Source: an uncultured Candidatus Saccharibacteria bacterium
Lineage (GTDB): Bacteria > Patescibacteriota > Minisyncoccia > UBA6257 > JAUSGH01
Reading direction: 5' to 3'
DNA length: 64,000 nucleotides
Assembly (NCBI GenBank): GCA_964360025.1
Contig: CAYHUD010000001.1
Location: forward strand, 3,922-67,921
Part shown: positions 47,564 through 57,873 of the stretch, piece after piece
Layout of the letters: the number at the start of each line of letters is the position of its first letter
Position numbering within the stretch: the stretch's first letter is position 1
Program-made: the position numbers and the translations under genes
Notes under the pieces: model-generated
What the model saw: the letters and a program-made list of their open reading frames with translations, nothing else
The model's database searches: none
What the model was told of the DNA's origin: nothing

Positions 47564-49432
47564 ATGGACGACCTTAATCCTCAGCAAAAACTAGCCGTCA
47601 ACCACCCCGGAGGACCGCTTTTAATCATCGCCGGAGCCGGATCGGGGAAAACAAAAACCCTGACTTCGCGTATCGTCCGCCTCGTAGAGTCCGGCGTCCC
47701 CGCCGCGGCTATTTTAGCCATCACCTTCACCAACAAAGCGGCTGAAGAAATGCGAAACAGAATAATGCGACAAGGGACAGGAGACAAACAAATCACCGCG
47801 GCGTTCATCGGCACATTCCACTCCTGGGGCGCGCGGGTTTTGAAACAGGAGGCGCGATTTTTCGGACGGACGGAAAACTTTTCCATCTTTGACGAGGACG
47901 ACAGCCTGCGGACGGTAAAAGCAATCGTCAAAGAAATGAATTTGGATAAAGAAAAATTTAATCCGGCGGGATTTCGCGCCAAAATCGGCGATATAAAAAA
48001 CGAACTTTTGTCTTCAGAGGATCTGCACGCTGAAGGAAGCGTCCGCGAAAAACTTGCCGCCGACATTTACGAAAAATATGAAGAGGCGCTCAAAAAAAAT
48101 AATGCTTTTGACTTTGACGACCTCATCACAAAAGTCGTTGTCCTTTTTATGCGGCATCCGGAGGTTCTGGAAAAATATAGAAATAAATATCAACAAATAC
48201 TCGTCGACGAGTATCAGGATGTGAACACCTCGCAATACCGATTGGTAAAACTTCTCGCGGAAAAACATAAAAACATAACCGTGGTCGGAGACGACGCGCA
48301 GGCGATTTACGCTTTCCGCGGATCGGACTTCCGCATCTTTTTAAACTTTGACCGCGACTGGCCAGATGCCACAATCATCAAGCTGGAAGAAAACTACCGC
48401 TCTACGGCGAACATCATTTCCGCCGCTTCAAACCTCATCAAAAATAATGTCCTGCAGAAACCGAAGTCGCTCTGGACGCAAAACGAAAACGGAGAAAAAA
48501 TCTCTATTGACGGCTTCGCGACCGAAGACGATGAGTCGTATTTTTTAACGACGCGCATTTTGGAAATAGTCCGCCGGACAAAAAATAATTCTTTACTAAG
48601 GATGGATCGCGATCCCCAGATCGCGATACTCTATCGGACGAATGCCCAATCACGCGCGATAGAACAAGCGCTCCTCCAAAACGGAATTCCTTACCGTATT
48701 TACGGCGGACTGAAATTTTATGACCGCATGGAAATCAAAGATATTGTTTCCGCGCTCGTCTCTGCTTCCAATCCCGAAAACGAGATGGCCCAAGAACGCA
48801 TCAGAAAAAATTTCGGGAAAAAAGAAGCTGCGCGTCTCATGGGTGAGATGCCGCGCCTCGCCCAAAAGTTACAACCCGCGGAACTCATCGGTTTTTTTCT
48901 GGAAGAAACAAGATATCTGGAATATTTGGAAAATAATTATAAAAATTATGCCGAACGGATTGAAAACGTCAACGAACTCATTTCTTTCGCCGGAACTTTT
49001 TCTCCAGATAATAAAACCCCCTCCGAAAAAGGAACAGGGCTTGCCGCTTTTTTGGAACAGATCAGCCTTGTGTCTTCGCTTGACACCCCAAACGGCAAAA
49101 TCAATAGCTGCTCCGGAAGGACGACGATCACCCTCATGACGATTCACGCTTCAAAGGGACTGGAGTTCAGTCATGTTTTTGTGGCGGGAGCGGCGGAGGG
49201 ATTTTTACCCCATGAAAGATCAATCACTGAAGAAAACGGACTGGAAGAAGAAAGGCGGCTGATGTATGTGGCAATGACGCGCGCCAAAGAACGGTTATTC
49301 CTCACTTTTTACGGCATTCCTTCGCGATTTCTCTACGAAATACCGCAAGAATTGACCGATTTTAAGGATCATGTAGCGACAAAACGGCGCCTAGCGTCGT
49401 TTGAGGACGAGGATTATATAAGTTATGATTAA
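47564..49432 (+). CDS. pcrA: UvrD/PcrA ATP-dependent DNA helicase
   Basis: AGAGSGKT, FTNKAA, DEYQD, GD..Q.IY.FRG, NYRS, LYRTN, H.SKGLEF, YVAMTRA. Confidence 0.97.
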   Translation: MDDLNPQQKLAVNHPGGPLLIIAGAGSGKTKTLTSRIVRLVESGVPAAAILAITFTNKAAEEMRNRIMRQGTGDKQITAAFIGTFHSWGARVLKQEARFFGRTENFSIFDEDDSLRTVKAIVKEMNLDKEKFNPAGFRAKIGDIKNELLSSEDLHAEGSVREKLAADIYEKYEEALKKNNAFDFDDLITKVVVLFMRHPEVLEKYRNKYQQILVDEYQDVNTSQYRLVKLLAEKHKNITVVGDDAQAIYAFRGSDFRIFLNFDRDWPDATIIKLEENYRSTANIISAASNLIKNNVLQKPKSLWTQNENGEKISIDGFATEDDESYFLTTRILEIVRRTKNNSLLRMDRDPQIAILYRTNAQSRAIEQALLQNGIPYRIYGGLKFYDRMEIKDIVSALVSASNPENEMAQERIRKNFGKKEAARLMGEMPRLAQKLQPAELIGFFLEETRYLEYLENNYKNYAERIENVNELISFAGTFSPDNKTPSEKGTGLAAFLEQISLVSSLDTPNGKINSCSGRTTITLMTIHASKGLEFSHVFVAGAAEGFLPHERSITEENGLEEERRLMYVAMTRAKERLFLTFYGIPSRFLYEIPQELTDFKDHVATKRRLASFEDEDYISYD

Positions 49433-49509
49433 ACATCGTTCAAAGAACGATGTTTAATGTGTGGGGGTGGGCGTGAAACACGGGGATTTAGAGACTAAGT
49501 ACAAATTCT

Positions 49510-50391
49510 ATGCACCAACGACTCGGACAACACTTTTTAATCAATAAATCGGCTATTGCGGAAACAATTGCCGCATTGACATTGGAGGAAAATGATTTAG
49601 TTGTGGAGATCGGGCCCGGGCATGGAGCTCTTACGCTACCCCTAGCTCAAAAATGTGTAGGTTTTAACTGCAAAATCATGGCTATTGAGAAAGACGCCGC
49701 GCTTGTGGATAACCTGTCAGAAACGATGCGGAAATACGGCAATATGGTGCAAATTATTGCCGGGGATGCGCTCGAAGAACTGCCTAAACTCGCAAAGCGC
49801 GAATCGCTGGGCGATGAAGACGGAAAAGGGTGGAAACTGGTGGGAAATATACCCTATTACATCACCGGAAAATTGCTAAGAATCATCGGGGAGCTAGAAA
49901 ATAAGCCCCACATTACGGTTTTGATGGTCCAAAAAGAAGTCGCGGAAAGGATAACAGCCACTCCAAAAGGGGGAATGAATCCCGTTAGAAGTAGCCCGCC
50001 CATAGGCCCTTCGGGCGCGCTTCGCGCGGGCGCGACTTCTAACGGGATGAATCTGCTTGCCGCCGCAACTCAATTCTGGAGCGATATTTCCATCATAAAA
50101 CGCTTAAAACCTAGCGATTTTGATCCGCCGCCAGAGGTGGACTCGGCAATAATTAAATTAAAGATCAAAGATCAAAGATCAAAAAGACGGGAGGCTGAGG
50201 GTTATTATAAATTGATCAAAATTGCCTTTAAACAACCAAGAAAGACGCTTTTGAATAACCTTGTAGATGGTCTTGATGATAAAAAAGAGGTGATTTTACA
50301 GAAAATCGCCGATTTGGGCTTTAACGAAAAAACTCGGGGGCAAGAATTGAGCGTGGAACAGCTTTTGGTTTTGGCGAGATCCTTCGGCTAA
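49510..50391 (+). CDS. rsmA: 16S rRNA dimethyltransferase RsmA/KsgA (with 24-aa insertion)
   Basis: LGQHFL, EIGPG.G.LT, GNIPYYIT, MVQKEVA.R, F.P.P.VDS. Confidence 0.95.
   Translation: MHQRLGQHFLINKSAIAETIAALTLEENDLVVEIGPGHGALTLPLAQKCVGFNCKIMAIEKDAALVDNLSETMRKYGNMVQIIAGDALEELPKLAKRESLGDEDGKGWKLVGNIPYYITGKLLRIIGELENKPHITVLMVQKEVAERITATPKGGMNPVRSSPPIGPSGALRAGATSNGMNLLAAATQFWSDISIIKRLKPSDFDPPPEVDSAIIKLKIKDQRSKRREAEGYYKLIKIAFKQPRKTLLNNLVDGLDDKKEVILQKIADLGFNEKTRGQELSVEQLLVLARSFG
49976..50052. mobile_element. Family C element inserted in-frame in rsmA, TGAAT direct repeats
   Basis: TGAAT|CCCGTTAGAAGT...ACTTCTAACGGGA|TGAAT; adds 72 bp. Confidence 0.8.
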
Positions 50392-50745
50392 CACCTCAGG
50401 ATGATAAAGAATAACCTCGGGACAACAAACACAACCCTGTCATTCTGAGCCTGCCTGCCCGCTTCGCCCGCCTAGACTCGGCGAGGCCTGGCCGTGGCTT
50501 CAGCGAGGCGAGCCGGCAGGCAGGCGTTGCGCGAAGAATCTCGAGATCCTTCGCTTCGCTCAGGATGACAAAAATTAGCCTCGGGATGGTCAACTAAGTA
50601 ACGAGATCCTTCGGCTAACACCTCGGGATGATAAAGAATAACCTCGGGACAACAAACACAACCCTGTCATTCTGAGCGTTGCGCGAAGAATCTCGAGATC
50701 CTTCGCTTCGCTCAGGATGACAAAAATTGGTTTCGGGATGGTTCG
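50375..50745. repeat. Tandem duplicated family B composite; first copy carries a 75-bp nested insertion
   Basis: 50375-50595 vs 50602-50745 near-identical except 50451-50525. Confidence 0.92.
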
Positions 50746-50806
50746 CTAAGTGGTGCGAACCACTTATTCACATCTTGTTCACATCGGAGAATGATATAAT
50801 AAAGTA

Positions 50807-51583
50807 ATGCGAAAGCTTTTAACGCTCGGTTTCGTCGCAGTAATTTTGATTTTCTCCGCGCTTATAACTCTCGGCAACTGGAGTTTGAATGACGACAAAA
50901 AACAGGCGGCTGACGACTCTGCCAAAAATCCCGGCGTCTCTATTTCTTTTCCTCAGATTGAAGAGCAAAAAATAGCCGAGGCGTTGCTCCAAAAAACCCT
51001 CTCGCAGACCACAAAAATTCTGGGTGAAAATGCCACGAAAAAATTAGCCGACGATCTCTCCAAAGAAATAGTTGAAAAAAATCCTAACGGACCGGGACCT
51101 CTGGGAAGCCAAAAAATCAGCGTGCCGCAAGCAGAGGAAATAGTCGCCGATTTTTTGCAAAAGGGCGTGGATAATTTTAATTATGAAGAACTGAAGCCCG
51201 CGATTGCCGACTCCGATTTGAATATTGTTGGCGATGATCCCGCCGCGCTTGCCCGATATTATAAAAACTTTTTTGAAATCCTGAGCGGAAATTTTAATCT
51301 CGGCCCCGCCGAATCCGATCCGCAGAATTCTTTGGACATTCTGGTTTCCGTCTATGAGAACTACATTAAGAAATTTTATTTGTTGGAAACTCCTGAGAAA
51401 TTCGCCGACATACAGAAACAACAGATCTCGCTTCTCGCCGCTCAGAGAAATATTTACCGCCTGATGAGGGACTATGAAAATGATCCGCTTAAAGCCGTGC
51501 TGGCGATGAAGGCGCTTGACACGGTAAAACAAGAAACCGCCGATCTCTATACCAAGCTGGCGAAGACGGTGGCGAAAATTTAA
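50807..51583 (+). CDS. Hypothetical membrane-anchored protein (T4SS-like cluster)
   Basis: N-terminal TM, helical C-terminus ..NDPLKA. Confidence 0.75.
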   Translation: MRKLLTLGFVAVILIFSALITLGNWSLNDDKKQAADDSAKNPGVSISFPQIEEQKIAEALLQKTLSQTTKILGENATKKLADDLSKEIVEKNPNGPGPLGSQKISVPQAEEIVADFLQKGVDNFNYEELKPAIADSDLNIVGDDPAALARYYKNFFEILSGNFNLGPAESDPQNSLDILVSVYENYIKKFYLLETPEKFADIQKQQISLLAAQRNIYRLMRDYENDPLKAVLAMKALDTVKQETADLYTKLAKTVAKI

Positions 51584-51625
51584 TAAGCGGTAATCAACAC
51601 GCAGAAAAGAAGAGCGAAAACTTAA

Positions 51626-53272
51626 ATGAAATTTTTAAAAAAAATAATTTTGGCGGGACTGCTGGCGGCGATGATTCTGCCGTATATGGGCGCGCCCCTC
51701 AAAGCGCAGGCGCAAGATGCCGCTTCAATATCCCGCGCCGCCACAAGAGCCGCCAGAATAGTAGCGGCGGAAGCGTGGGTCGCGGCGGCGACCGCAAGAT
51801 TTGAAGCGGCAACCTTGGCAGCCAGTTTCGTGCCTCCGTTTAATCCCTATTTGATAGTCCCCGGGGGACCTCTGATCGTGGCCGATTTCGGAGTCAGAAC
51901 CCAAGAGGCGGCGGCGGCGGCCGAAGAACTCGCCCGCGCCAGTAAAGCTCTGGCCGATGCCATAGCTGAAACGGAGGACAGTATTTTAGATATCTTGGAA
52001 AAAGTTCTTTTTGAAAGTTTGAAGAAAAAGATTTTGGATATGATGGTGGACCAGATCATCGGCTATATTCAGGGAGAGGGTGCGCCGCGTTTCATCACCG
52101 ACTGGGAGGGATTTTTCGGAGAAATCGCCCAGGGCGCCGTGGGCGATCTCGCGCAGGCACTCGGGGCCGGATTTCTCTGCTCGCCATTTAGTTTAAAAAT
52201 AAAATTAAGCTTACTCTTGCCGCCTGTTGAGAGATTTAAAACAAACTTCACTTGCACGCTGGACCAAATCGTCGGCAACATAGAAAATTTTTATACTGAT
52301 TTCCGAAACGGCGGGTGGATCGCCTATGAGGCGGCGTGGTCCCCGCAAAATAATTACTATGGCGCGGTCTGGCTCGCCTGGGACGCGAAACAGAACACGA
52401 TCGCCAGCAAACTTTTTGCCTCGGCAAATGAAGCGGTCGCGAACGCCGGATTTCTGGGTGTAAAACAATGCGATGAAAATGGCGAGAATTGCCGCACGGT
52501 CACTCCCGGAAAAGTTTTGGGTGATCTTGTCGGCAAAGCTGTCGGCTCCGACATTGACTTCCTCGTGAACGCCGAGGACTTGAGCACTTATGTCGCCGCT
52601 ATCGCGAACGCGCTCATCAATCGTATCGTCCGCGAAGGCGTGGGACTCGCCGGGGTATCGCTCCCCTCGCAACCGCAAAAAGTGCGGACGCGCCAGGAAA
52701 TTAATGGCGTGGTTTATGGTCCCGCGAATATCGCTCCCGACATAAGAAACACAATCAACCAATACACAACTTCAATCAACGACCAGACGGGACAAAGCTC
52801 CGGCGGAGCTCAAATCGCGGCGACTTCAAAAACGGATTTTATAGAGCAGTTAAGTGTAATCCGCGACATCAGGACGGAAGCTCAATCATTCCTCACACAA
52901 CGGCTGGATTTGGAAAAAATACTCTTAACCAAGATCCAAGCCCTGGCGGCTTGCCTGAAAAATAAAGAGGGTCTTGCCAATGCGGCGGCGGAAGCAAAAG
53001 TTGCGGCGCAGCAAAAGATTGTTAATGATGCCAGTAAGCAAGTAGGCGACAATCTAGCTGTTATCAATAACCTTAATAATGTAATCAATCAAATTTCTCA
53101 GTTAACCGAAGCTCAATTTGCAGGGCTGGGGTCTACACTGTCCATTTCCGCGGTTGCCGAAGCTATCTCGTTTAGAACTAACGCCAAAAATCAGAGGGAC
53201 ACGGCTCTGGCGAATGTTCCGGCCCAAGTCACGAACGCAGACAACGATCTCGTGGCATGTAACGCACTTTAA
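51626..53272 (+). CDS. Secreted helical protein of the T4SS-like cluster
   Basis: Signal peptide AQA|Q; P.FITDW, LCSPF, CTL, F..GGW, GFLG..C, TPG motifs. Confidence 0.75.
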   Translation: MKFLKKIILAGLLAAMILPYMGAPLKAQAQDAASISRAATRAARIVAAEAWVAAATARFEAATLAASFVPPFNPYLIVPGGPLIVADFGVRTQEAAAAAEELARASKALADAIAETEDSILDILEKVLFESLKKKILDMMVDQIIGYIQGEGAPRFITDWEGFFGEIAQGAVGDLAQALGAGFLCSPFSLKIKLSLLLPPVERFKTNFTCTLDQIVGNIENFYTDFRNGGWIAYEAAWSPQNNYYGAVWLAWDAKQNTIASKLFASANEAVANAGFLGVKQCDENGENCRTVTPGKVLGDLVGKAVGSDIDFLVNAEDLSTYVAAIANALINRIVREGVGLAGVSLPSQPQKVRTRQEINGVVYGPANIAPDIRNTINQYTTSINDQTGQSSGGAQIAATSKTDFIEQLSVIRDIRTEAQSFLTQRLDLEKILLTKIQALAACLKNKEGLANAAAEAKVAAQQKIVNDASKQVGDNLAVINNLNNVINQISQLTEAQFAGLGSTLSISAVAEAISFRTNAKNQRDTALANVPAQVTNADNDLVACNAL

Positions 53273-53344
53273 GGATTCGTCTCGGCTTGCCGGAAGAGCG
53301 CGGTAGTAATAACGCTCTCCTCAGGCAAGCGGAGAAAACAAAAA

Positions 53345-55366
53345 ATGTCCGGATTTATTAAAAAACACTATAAGACAATTATTTTGGCATCGCTTTTCGC
53401 GGTTCTAGTTTTGGGCGGCTTGGGAATAGGCACCGAAAATACCTTTGCCGCAGGAGATGACGCCGCTAAAGGAGGCGAGTCTCAAAAGGAAAGCGGGTGG
53501 ACAGCCGGATTCAAAGCCGCGATCGGCGCCCTCGTTATACCGATAATTTATAAAATACTTTACATTATCAGCTATATAGCCGCGATTATTTTCAAATTCG
53601 GCGGCTACCTCATAGACGCCGTCATCTCTCTCAATACGCAGATTCTGGGAAGCTCTATGGTAACCACCGGCTGGACGATCACGCGCGATTTTGCGAACCT
53701 TGGCTTCGTTCTCGCCATCATTTATATCGCCTTCGCCACGATGCTCCGCGTATCGTCTTTTGAGTTAAAAAAGTTCCTGCTCCGCCTCGTGATTATGGCT
53801 CTGCTTATCAACTTCAGCCTGACAATAGCGGGTGTGTTTATCAAGGCCTCCGATAAAGTCTCCGCTTTCTTTATTGAAAAAATAAGCGGCGAGGGCAGTC
53901 TTGCCGATTTCGCGCAAGTTCTTGCGGGACCCACCATTAAAGAAATTGCCGCTGGAGAGAAAACAGAAAAAGAGGAAGAATCCGGAATTATCTCTGCCGT
54001 AAAAACCGGCGCCCGCGTCGGGCTTGGAGTAACGACCTTTGGAATGTCTGAAATAGTCGGGGAGGCTCTTGATGCTTATAAATTATTAAGCGCCAAGAAT
54101 ACGGACGGCAATCTGGATCTTGGGGAATCGGCGCTCGTTATGGTAGGCAAGGTATTCTTCCTTACGGCGTTTACGGTGATGTCGGCGATTATCTTCTTTG
54201 CCATTGGCGTCATGGTTCTCGTCCGCTGGCTGTGGCTGGTCGTACTTCTGATTCTCGCGCCTTTCGCCTGGCTAGCCTTTGCCGTCCCGCAACTCACTAA
54301 ATACTTTGAACTCTGGTGGGATAAATTCTGGAAATGGACGCTCTATCTTCCTGTGGTTTTATTCTTTTTATACCTTGCCATGACGGCCACTCTCTCACCC
54401 AATATCAATTCCCCAACCACACCGTTCTTTTCCACCGCCAATCTCCCCGGATACCAAACAACGCCTATCGGCAATGATTTCGGTTCTTACGGTAAAATCA
54501 TCATCGCCATCGGCCTCATGGTCGCCGGACTGATCGTCGGAGAGAAAATGAGCATTGCCGGAGCGAAGACAGGACTTGCCGCGGCAAAAACCACGAGAGA
54601 CTGGGCGATAGGCAAAGTGAAGGGCGTTGCCACGGGTGTCGCCATGGGTGCTGCCGGATATGCTTTGAGAAATACCCTTGCGGGACACCAGGATAAAGAA
54701 GGAAGGACCCTGGGACAGCGCATCGCCGCCGGAATTTCCACCGTGCCTCTCCTTGGCACTGCGGCCGCGCGCGGACTGGACAGTATCTCCACGCGCCGCC
54801 CGCAGGAAGTTGATAATTCGCAGAAACAATATGCTAATATGAGCGACGCTCTCCTCATGTCCAGCGCTGAACAGGGCCTGTGGAGGTTCAGTGATCCGGA
54901 GACCGCTGCCGTTGTGCGGGAACTTGCTAAACGCAAAAAACTCGGTAAGCTGCCAACCGACCGACTAATGGAACTTGCCAAGAAAGGAAAAACCTATGGC
55001 GCGGAAAAGGAGGTTTATAAAGCCAGACCGGATCTCGCTGATAATCCGCTGGAGATATTCAAAGGCCTTAGCCCCGGACAAAAAGCCGAGCTGGCTCCGG
55101 ACGTTTACTATGAATCTAAGAAATCCAATGATCCTAAGAAGCGGGCGTTGGTACTTAGCTTGAAAGAAAAAGATTTGAGAGAAATCGCGGCCAAAGGATC
55201 GGACGAGGTTATTGATGCCATCACCGCAACCCTTAAAGAAGCCATAACGATGCATGCCGCCGGAGTAGGCGCGGGCGCGTTTACCCCGGCCGAAGAAGCC
55301 TCTTTAAAGGGGGTGCTGAAAGCTATAGATGACAATATCGGACTAAAATCAACGTTTATTTTCTAA
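53345..55366 (+). CDS. VirB6/TrbL-like polytopic membrane protein
   Basis: GW...RD.AN..F, ALLINFS, R...L..L.ILAP.AW....P.....W: multi-TM pattern. Confidence 0.75.
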   Translation: MSGFIKKHYKTIILASLFAVLVLGGLGIGTENTFAAGDDAAKGGESQKESGWTAGFKAAIGALVIPIIYKILYIISYIAAIIFKFGGYLIDAVISLNTQILGSSMVTTGWTITRDFANLGFVLAIIYIAFATMLRVSSFELKKFLLRLVIMALLINFSLTIAGVFIKASDKVSAFFIEKISGEGSLADFAQVLAGPTIKEIAAGEKTEKEEESGIISAVKTGARVGLGVTTFGMSEIVGEALDAYKLLSAKNTDGNLDLGESALVMVGKVFFLTAFTVMSAIIFFAIGVMVLVRWLWLVVLLILAPFAWLAFAVPQLTKYFELWWDKFWKWTLYLPVVLFFLYLAMTATLSPNINSPTTPFFSTANLPGYQTTPIGNDFGSYGKIIIAIGLMVAGLIVGEKMSIAGAKTGLAAAKTTRDWAIGKVKGVATGVAMGAAGYALRNTLAGHQDKEGRTLGQRIAAGISTVPLLGTAAARGLDSISTRRPQEVDNSQKQYANMSDALLMSSAEQGLWRFSDPETAAVVRELAKRKKLGKLPTDRLMELAKKGKTYGAEKEVYKARPDLADNPLEIFKGLSPGQKAELAPDVYYESKKSNDPKKRALVLSLKEKDLREIAAKGSDEVIDAITATLKEAITMHAAGVGAGAFTPAEEASLKGVLKAIDDNIGLKSTFIF

Positions 55367-55378
55367 CTTGTAAAAACG

Positions 55379-56515
55379 ATGGACAACAAAACCCTACGCA
55401 CAACTTTCCGTGCACTGCCAAGCGACATCAAAGACTGGCTTTTTTCCGAAAAAGTAACCTATTCGGTAGCAGAGTTAAATACCCGCCTTAATATAAAAGG
55501 CGAGCGTGCAGGTGTTGTTGCTAAACTGGTAGCGCGGCTTGTCGTCCAGGATTTGGATACTCGCGATTTCGTGAACGAATTGGCGATAGAGTTAAATGTC
55601 AGCAATTCCGCCGCTAAGGCCATCACTAAAGAAGTTGAGGAAAAGGTTCTACACCCGATAGAAGCATCGCTTCGCGCCAATCTGGGAATTGATGTGGCTA
55701 TGCTCCATATGGGAAACGAGGTTTCCCTGTCATCGATTACGCCCCTACCGGATGAAGCCGAAAAAACTCCGGCGCCGCGTACGCCTTTTTCCGTGCCTGA
55801 CGCCGCTAAAAGCGAAGCCACCCCACATATCTTCGCTCCGATGGCGCCTAAAGTTTCCGACACAAAAACCCCCTCCGGTCCTTTTATACTACACACCGAA
55901 CAAGAACCGGCGAAACCCATCGCGCCGCCCATAAACGCCCCGCAAAGACCCACTTTCTCTATAAAAATTCCTCTGGCGCAAAAGAAATACGGCGCTCCTC
56001 CCGTAACAGCTCGCATTGAAACCGGCGCACCCGAAACCAGAACTCCCGAGACGCAAAAGACATCCGAATTCCAGGGCTCACGGATCATTCCGGTACCGCC
56101 CTTGCGCCAGAGCCTCACCATACAGCCCCCGCGCCGTCCGGTTTCATTTGAACCAATACAACCAAGTACAGCCAATCAGGCTCCCTTGAAAATAACACCT
56201 CCGCCACTCCGCCGCCTGCCCCCACTTCCGCCTCTTATAAAACCACAAAACCAACAAATCACTACCGCGCCGTCAGCGGCTCCCAAACAAGAGATTTCCA
56301 TTCTACCCATAAATCCCGCCCTTCCTGTAAAACCAAGCGTCCCCGCTCCGATTCCGGCCAGACCGGCGGCGCCGCCTTTAACATTGCCGCCCAAAGTTTC
56401 TTCGCCCGCCGCGCCGAAACCACCCATGCCCCAGATTCCGCTAAAAACACCGACAAATACGGTGAACATCCAAAAAGTAGTCCACTATTCCGACTTTTTC
56501 ACAAAGTTACAATAA
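55379..56515 (+). CDS. Hypothetical protein, folded N-terminal domain + long Pro-rich tail
   Basis: F..LP...; ends VVHYS. Confidence 0.75.
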   Translation: MDNKTLRTTFRALPSDIKDWLFSEKVTYSVAELNTRLNIKGERAGVVAKLVARLVVQDLDTRDFVNELAIELNVSNSAAKAITKEVEEKVLHPIEASLRANLGIDVAMLHMGNEVSLSSITPLPDEAEKTPAPRTPFSVPDAAKSEATPHIFAPMAPKVSDTKTPSGPFILHTEQEPAKPIAPPINAPQRPTFSIKIPLAQKKYGAPPVTARIETGAPETRTPETQKTSEFQGSRIIPVPPLRQSLTIQPPRRPVSFEPIQPSTANQAPLKITPPPLRRLPPLPPLIKPQNQQITTAPSAAPKQEISILPINPALPVKPSVPAPIPARPAAPPLTLPPKVSSPAAPKPPMPQIPLKTPTNTVNIQKVVHYSDFFTKLQ

Positions 56516-56516
56516 A

Positions 56517-56990
56517 ATGCAATTTCAAGTCCCACAATTTATAGAAACGGAGGACACCATCATCGGCTCCATTACGATCAGGCAATTTGTCTATATGGGC
56601 ATTGCCGGACTCATCAGTTTCGTGTCTTTCTTTTTTTTAAACACTACTTTGTGGCTGATATTTACCGGCTTTGTAGGCACGATCGCCGGAGCTCTGGCTT
56701 TCATTAAATATAACGGCAGGCCGTTATCTAAAATCATCCTCGCCATGTTCAACTATCTCTGGAAGCCGAAAATGTTTTTATGGAGGAGAAAAGAAGAGTT
56801 GGAAGCCCTGCGCGCCGAGGAGGCAGCCAAAAGAGGATCTCTGCTCCAGAACTTGTGGCTGCGCGTCACTGCCGGGAAAGAAGCCATACCCAAACGCGCT
56901 GATGCGCCCAAGTCTCTTGAAGAACGCTATCAAGTGGTGGAGAAGATTAGTGGGGAGAGGGATATGGCAAAGAGGGTGGACTATCGGTAA
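56517..56990 (+). CDS. PrgI-family (VirB3-like) protein
   Basis: MQFQVPQFIE.ED.I.G..T.RQF, two TMs, NGRP. Confidence 0.88.
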   Translation: MQFQVPQFIETEDTIIGSITIRQFVYMGIAGLISFVSFFFLNTTLWLIFTGFVGTIAGALAFIKYNGRPLSKIILAMFNYLWKPKMFLWRRKEELEALRAEEAAKRGSLLQNLWLRVTAGKEAIPKRADAPKSLEERYQVVEKISGERDMAKRVDYR

Positions 56991-56993
56991 ATC

Positions 56994-57149
56994 ATGAATC
57001 GACTTAAATCCCTCCCTCAACCCGCTGCGCTCGCCCAGCCGCTCGCTTGCTTGTCCTCGCCGCTCGCCCGCCGTGCGCTACGCGCCTAAAACGGCGGACC
57101 GTGCTCTCACGGCTCCGGGGGTTTCGGAGAGGAATTTAAGCCGATTCAT
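56994..57149. repeat. 156-bp element with terminal inverted repeats
   Basis: ATGAATCGACTTAAATCCCTC ... GAGGAATTTAAGCCGATTCAT with CGCTCGC-rich interior. Confidence 0.7.
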
Positions 57150-57206
57150 TAATAGTCAATCCCCGCGCAATTCCTGAATTAAGAATTTGTTTGTATAATA
57201 AAGTAT

Positions 57207-57866
57207 ATGCCACAACAAAAAGAAGCTCGGCCGACGCAAGAATTTGTAGAAATTGATCGCGCGGAACAAGGTGTGCTTGTTTTAAAAAACGGCTCTTTGC
57301 GCCAAATACTTTTAGTATCCGGGGTTAATTTTGATCTGAAATCCGAGGAAGAACAGCAGATGATTATTTCCTCGTATCAGGCGATGCTTAATTCCCTGCG
57401 CTTTTCCCTGCAAATTTTCGTCCATTCCCGAAAAATCAACATAGAATCGTATTTGGCAAAATTGGAAGCGCGCCTCGCGGAAGAAACGAGCGAGCTTCTA
57501 AAAAACCAGATTACGGAATATATGGAGTTTATCCGCTCTTTCGTAGGACAAAATCCCATCATGACGAAGTCGTTTTTCGTAGTTGTGCCCTTTGATCCCA
57601 TCGTCATACCTGGATCAGAAACAAAAACCGGAAAAAGATTATTTGGTCTTTTTAGAAAATCCTCCGCAGAGGGAAATACCGAAGCAAAACAGCATGAACT
57701 CCAGGAAAATATGCGCCAGCTTTCGCAAAGAGTGTCGCAAGTCGTTGCCGCGATATCGCAAATCGGCCTGCGGGCCGTCCCCCTGCAGAACGAAGAGGTG
57801 ATTGAGCTGTTTTATAATCTTTACAATCCCGAAGCGCAGGAGAAAAAAAGTCTGCCAACCGCATAA
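57207..57866 (+). CDS. VirB4-associated (TraC-like) protein
   Basis: TQ.FV, LKNG.LR..L.VS..NF.LKS.EEQ, FYNLYNP. Confidence 0.8.
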   Translation: MPQQKEARPTQEFVEIDRAEQGVLVLKNGSLRQILLVSGVNFDLKSEEEQQMIISSYQAMLNSLRFSLQIFVHSRKINIESYLAKLEARLAEETSELLKNQITEYMEFIRSFVGQNPIMTKSFFVVVPFDPIVIPGSETKTGKRLFGLFRKSSAEGNTEAKQHELQENMRQLSQRVSQVVAAISQIGLRAVPLQNEEVIELFYNLYNPEAQEKKSLPTA

Positions 57867-57873
57867 TAATAAA

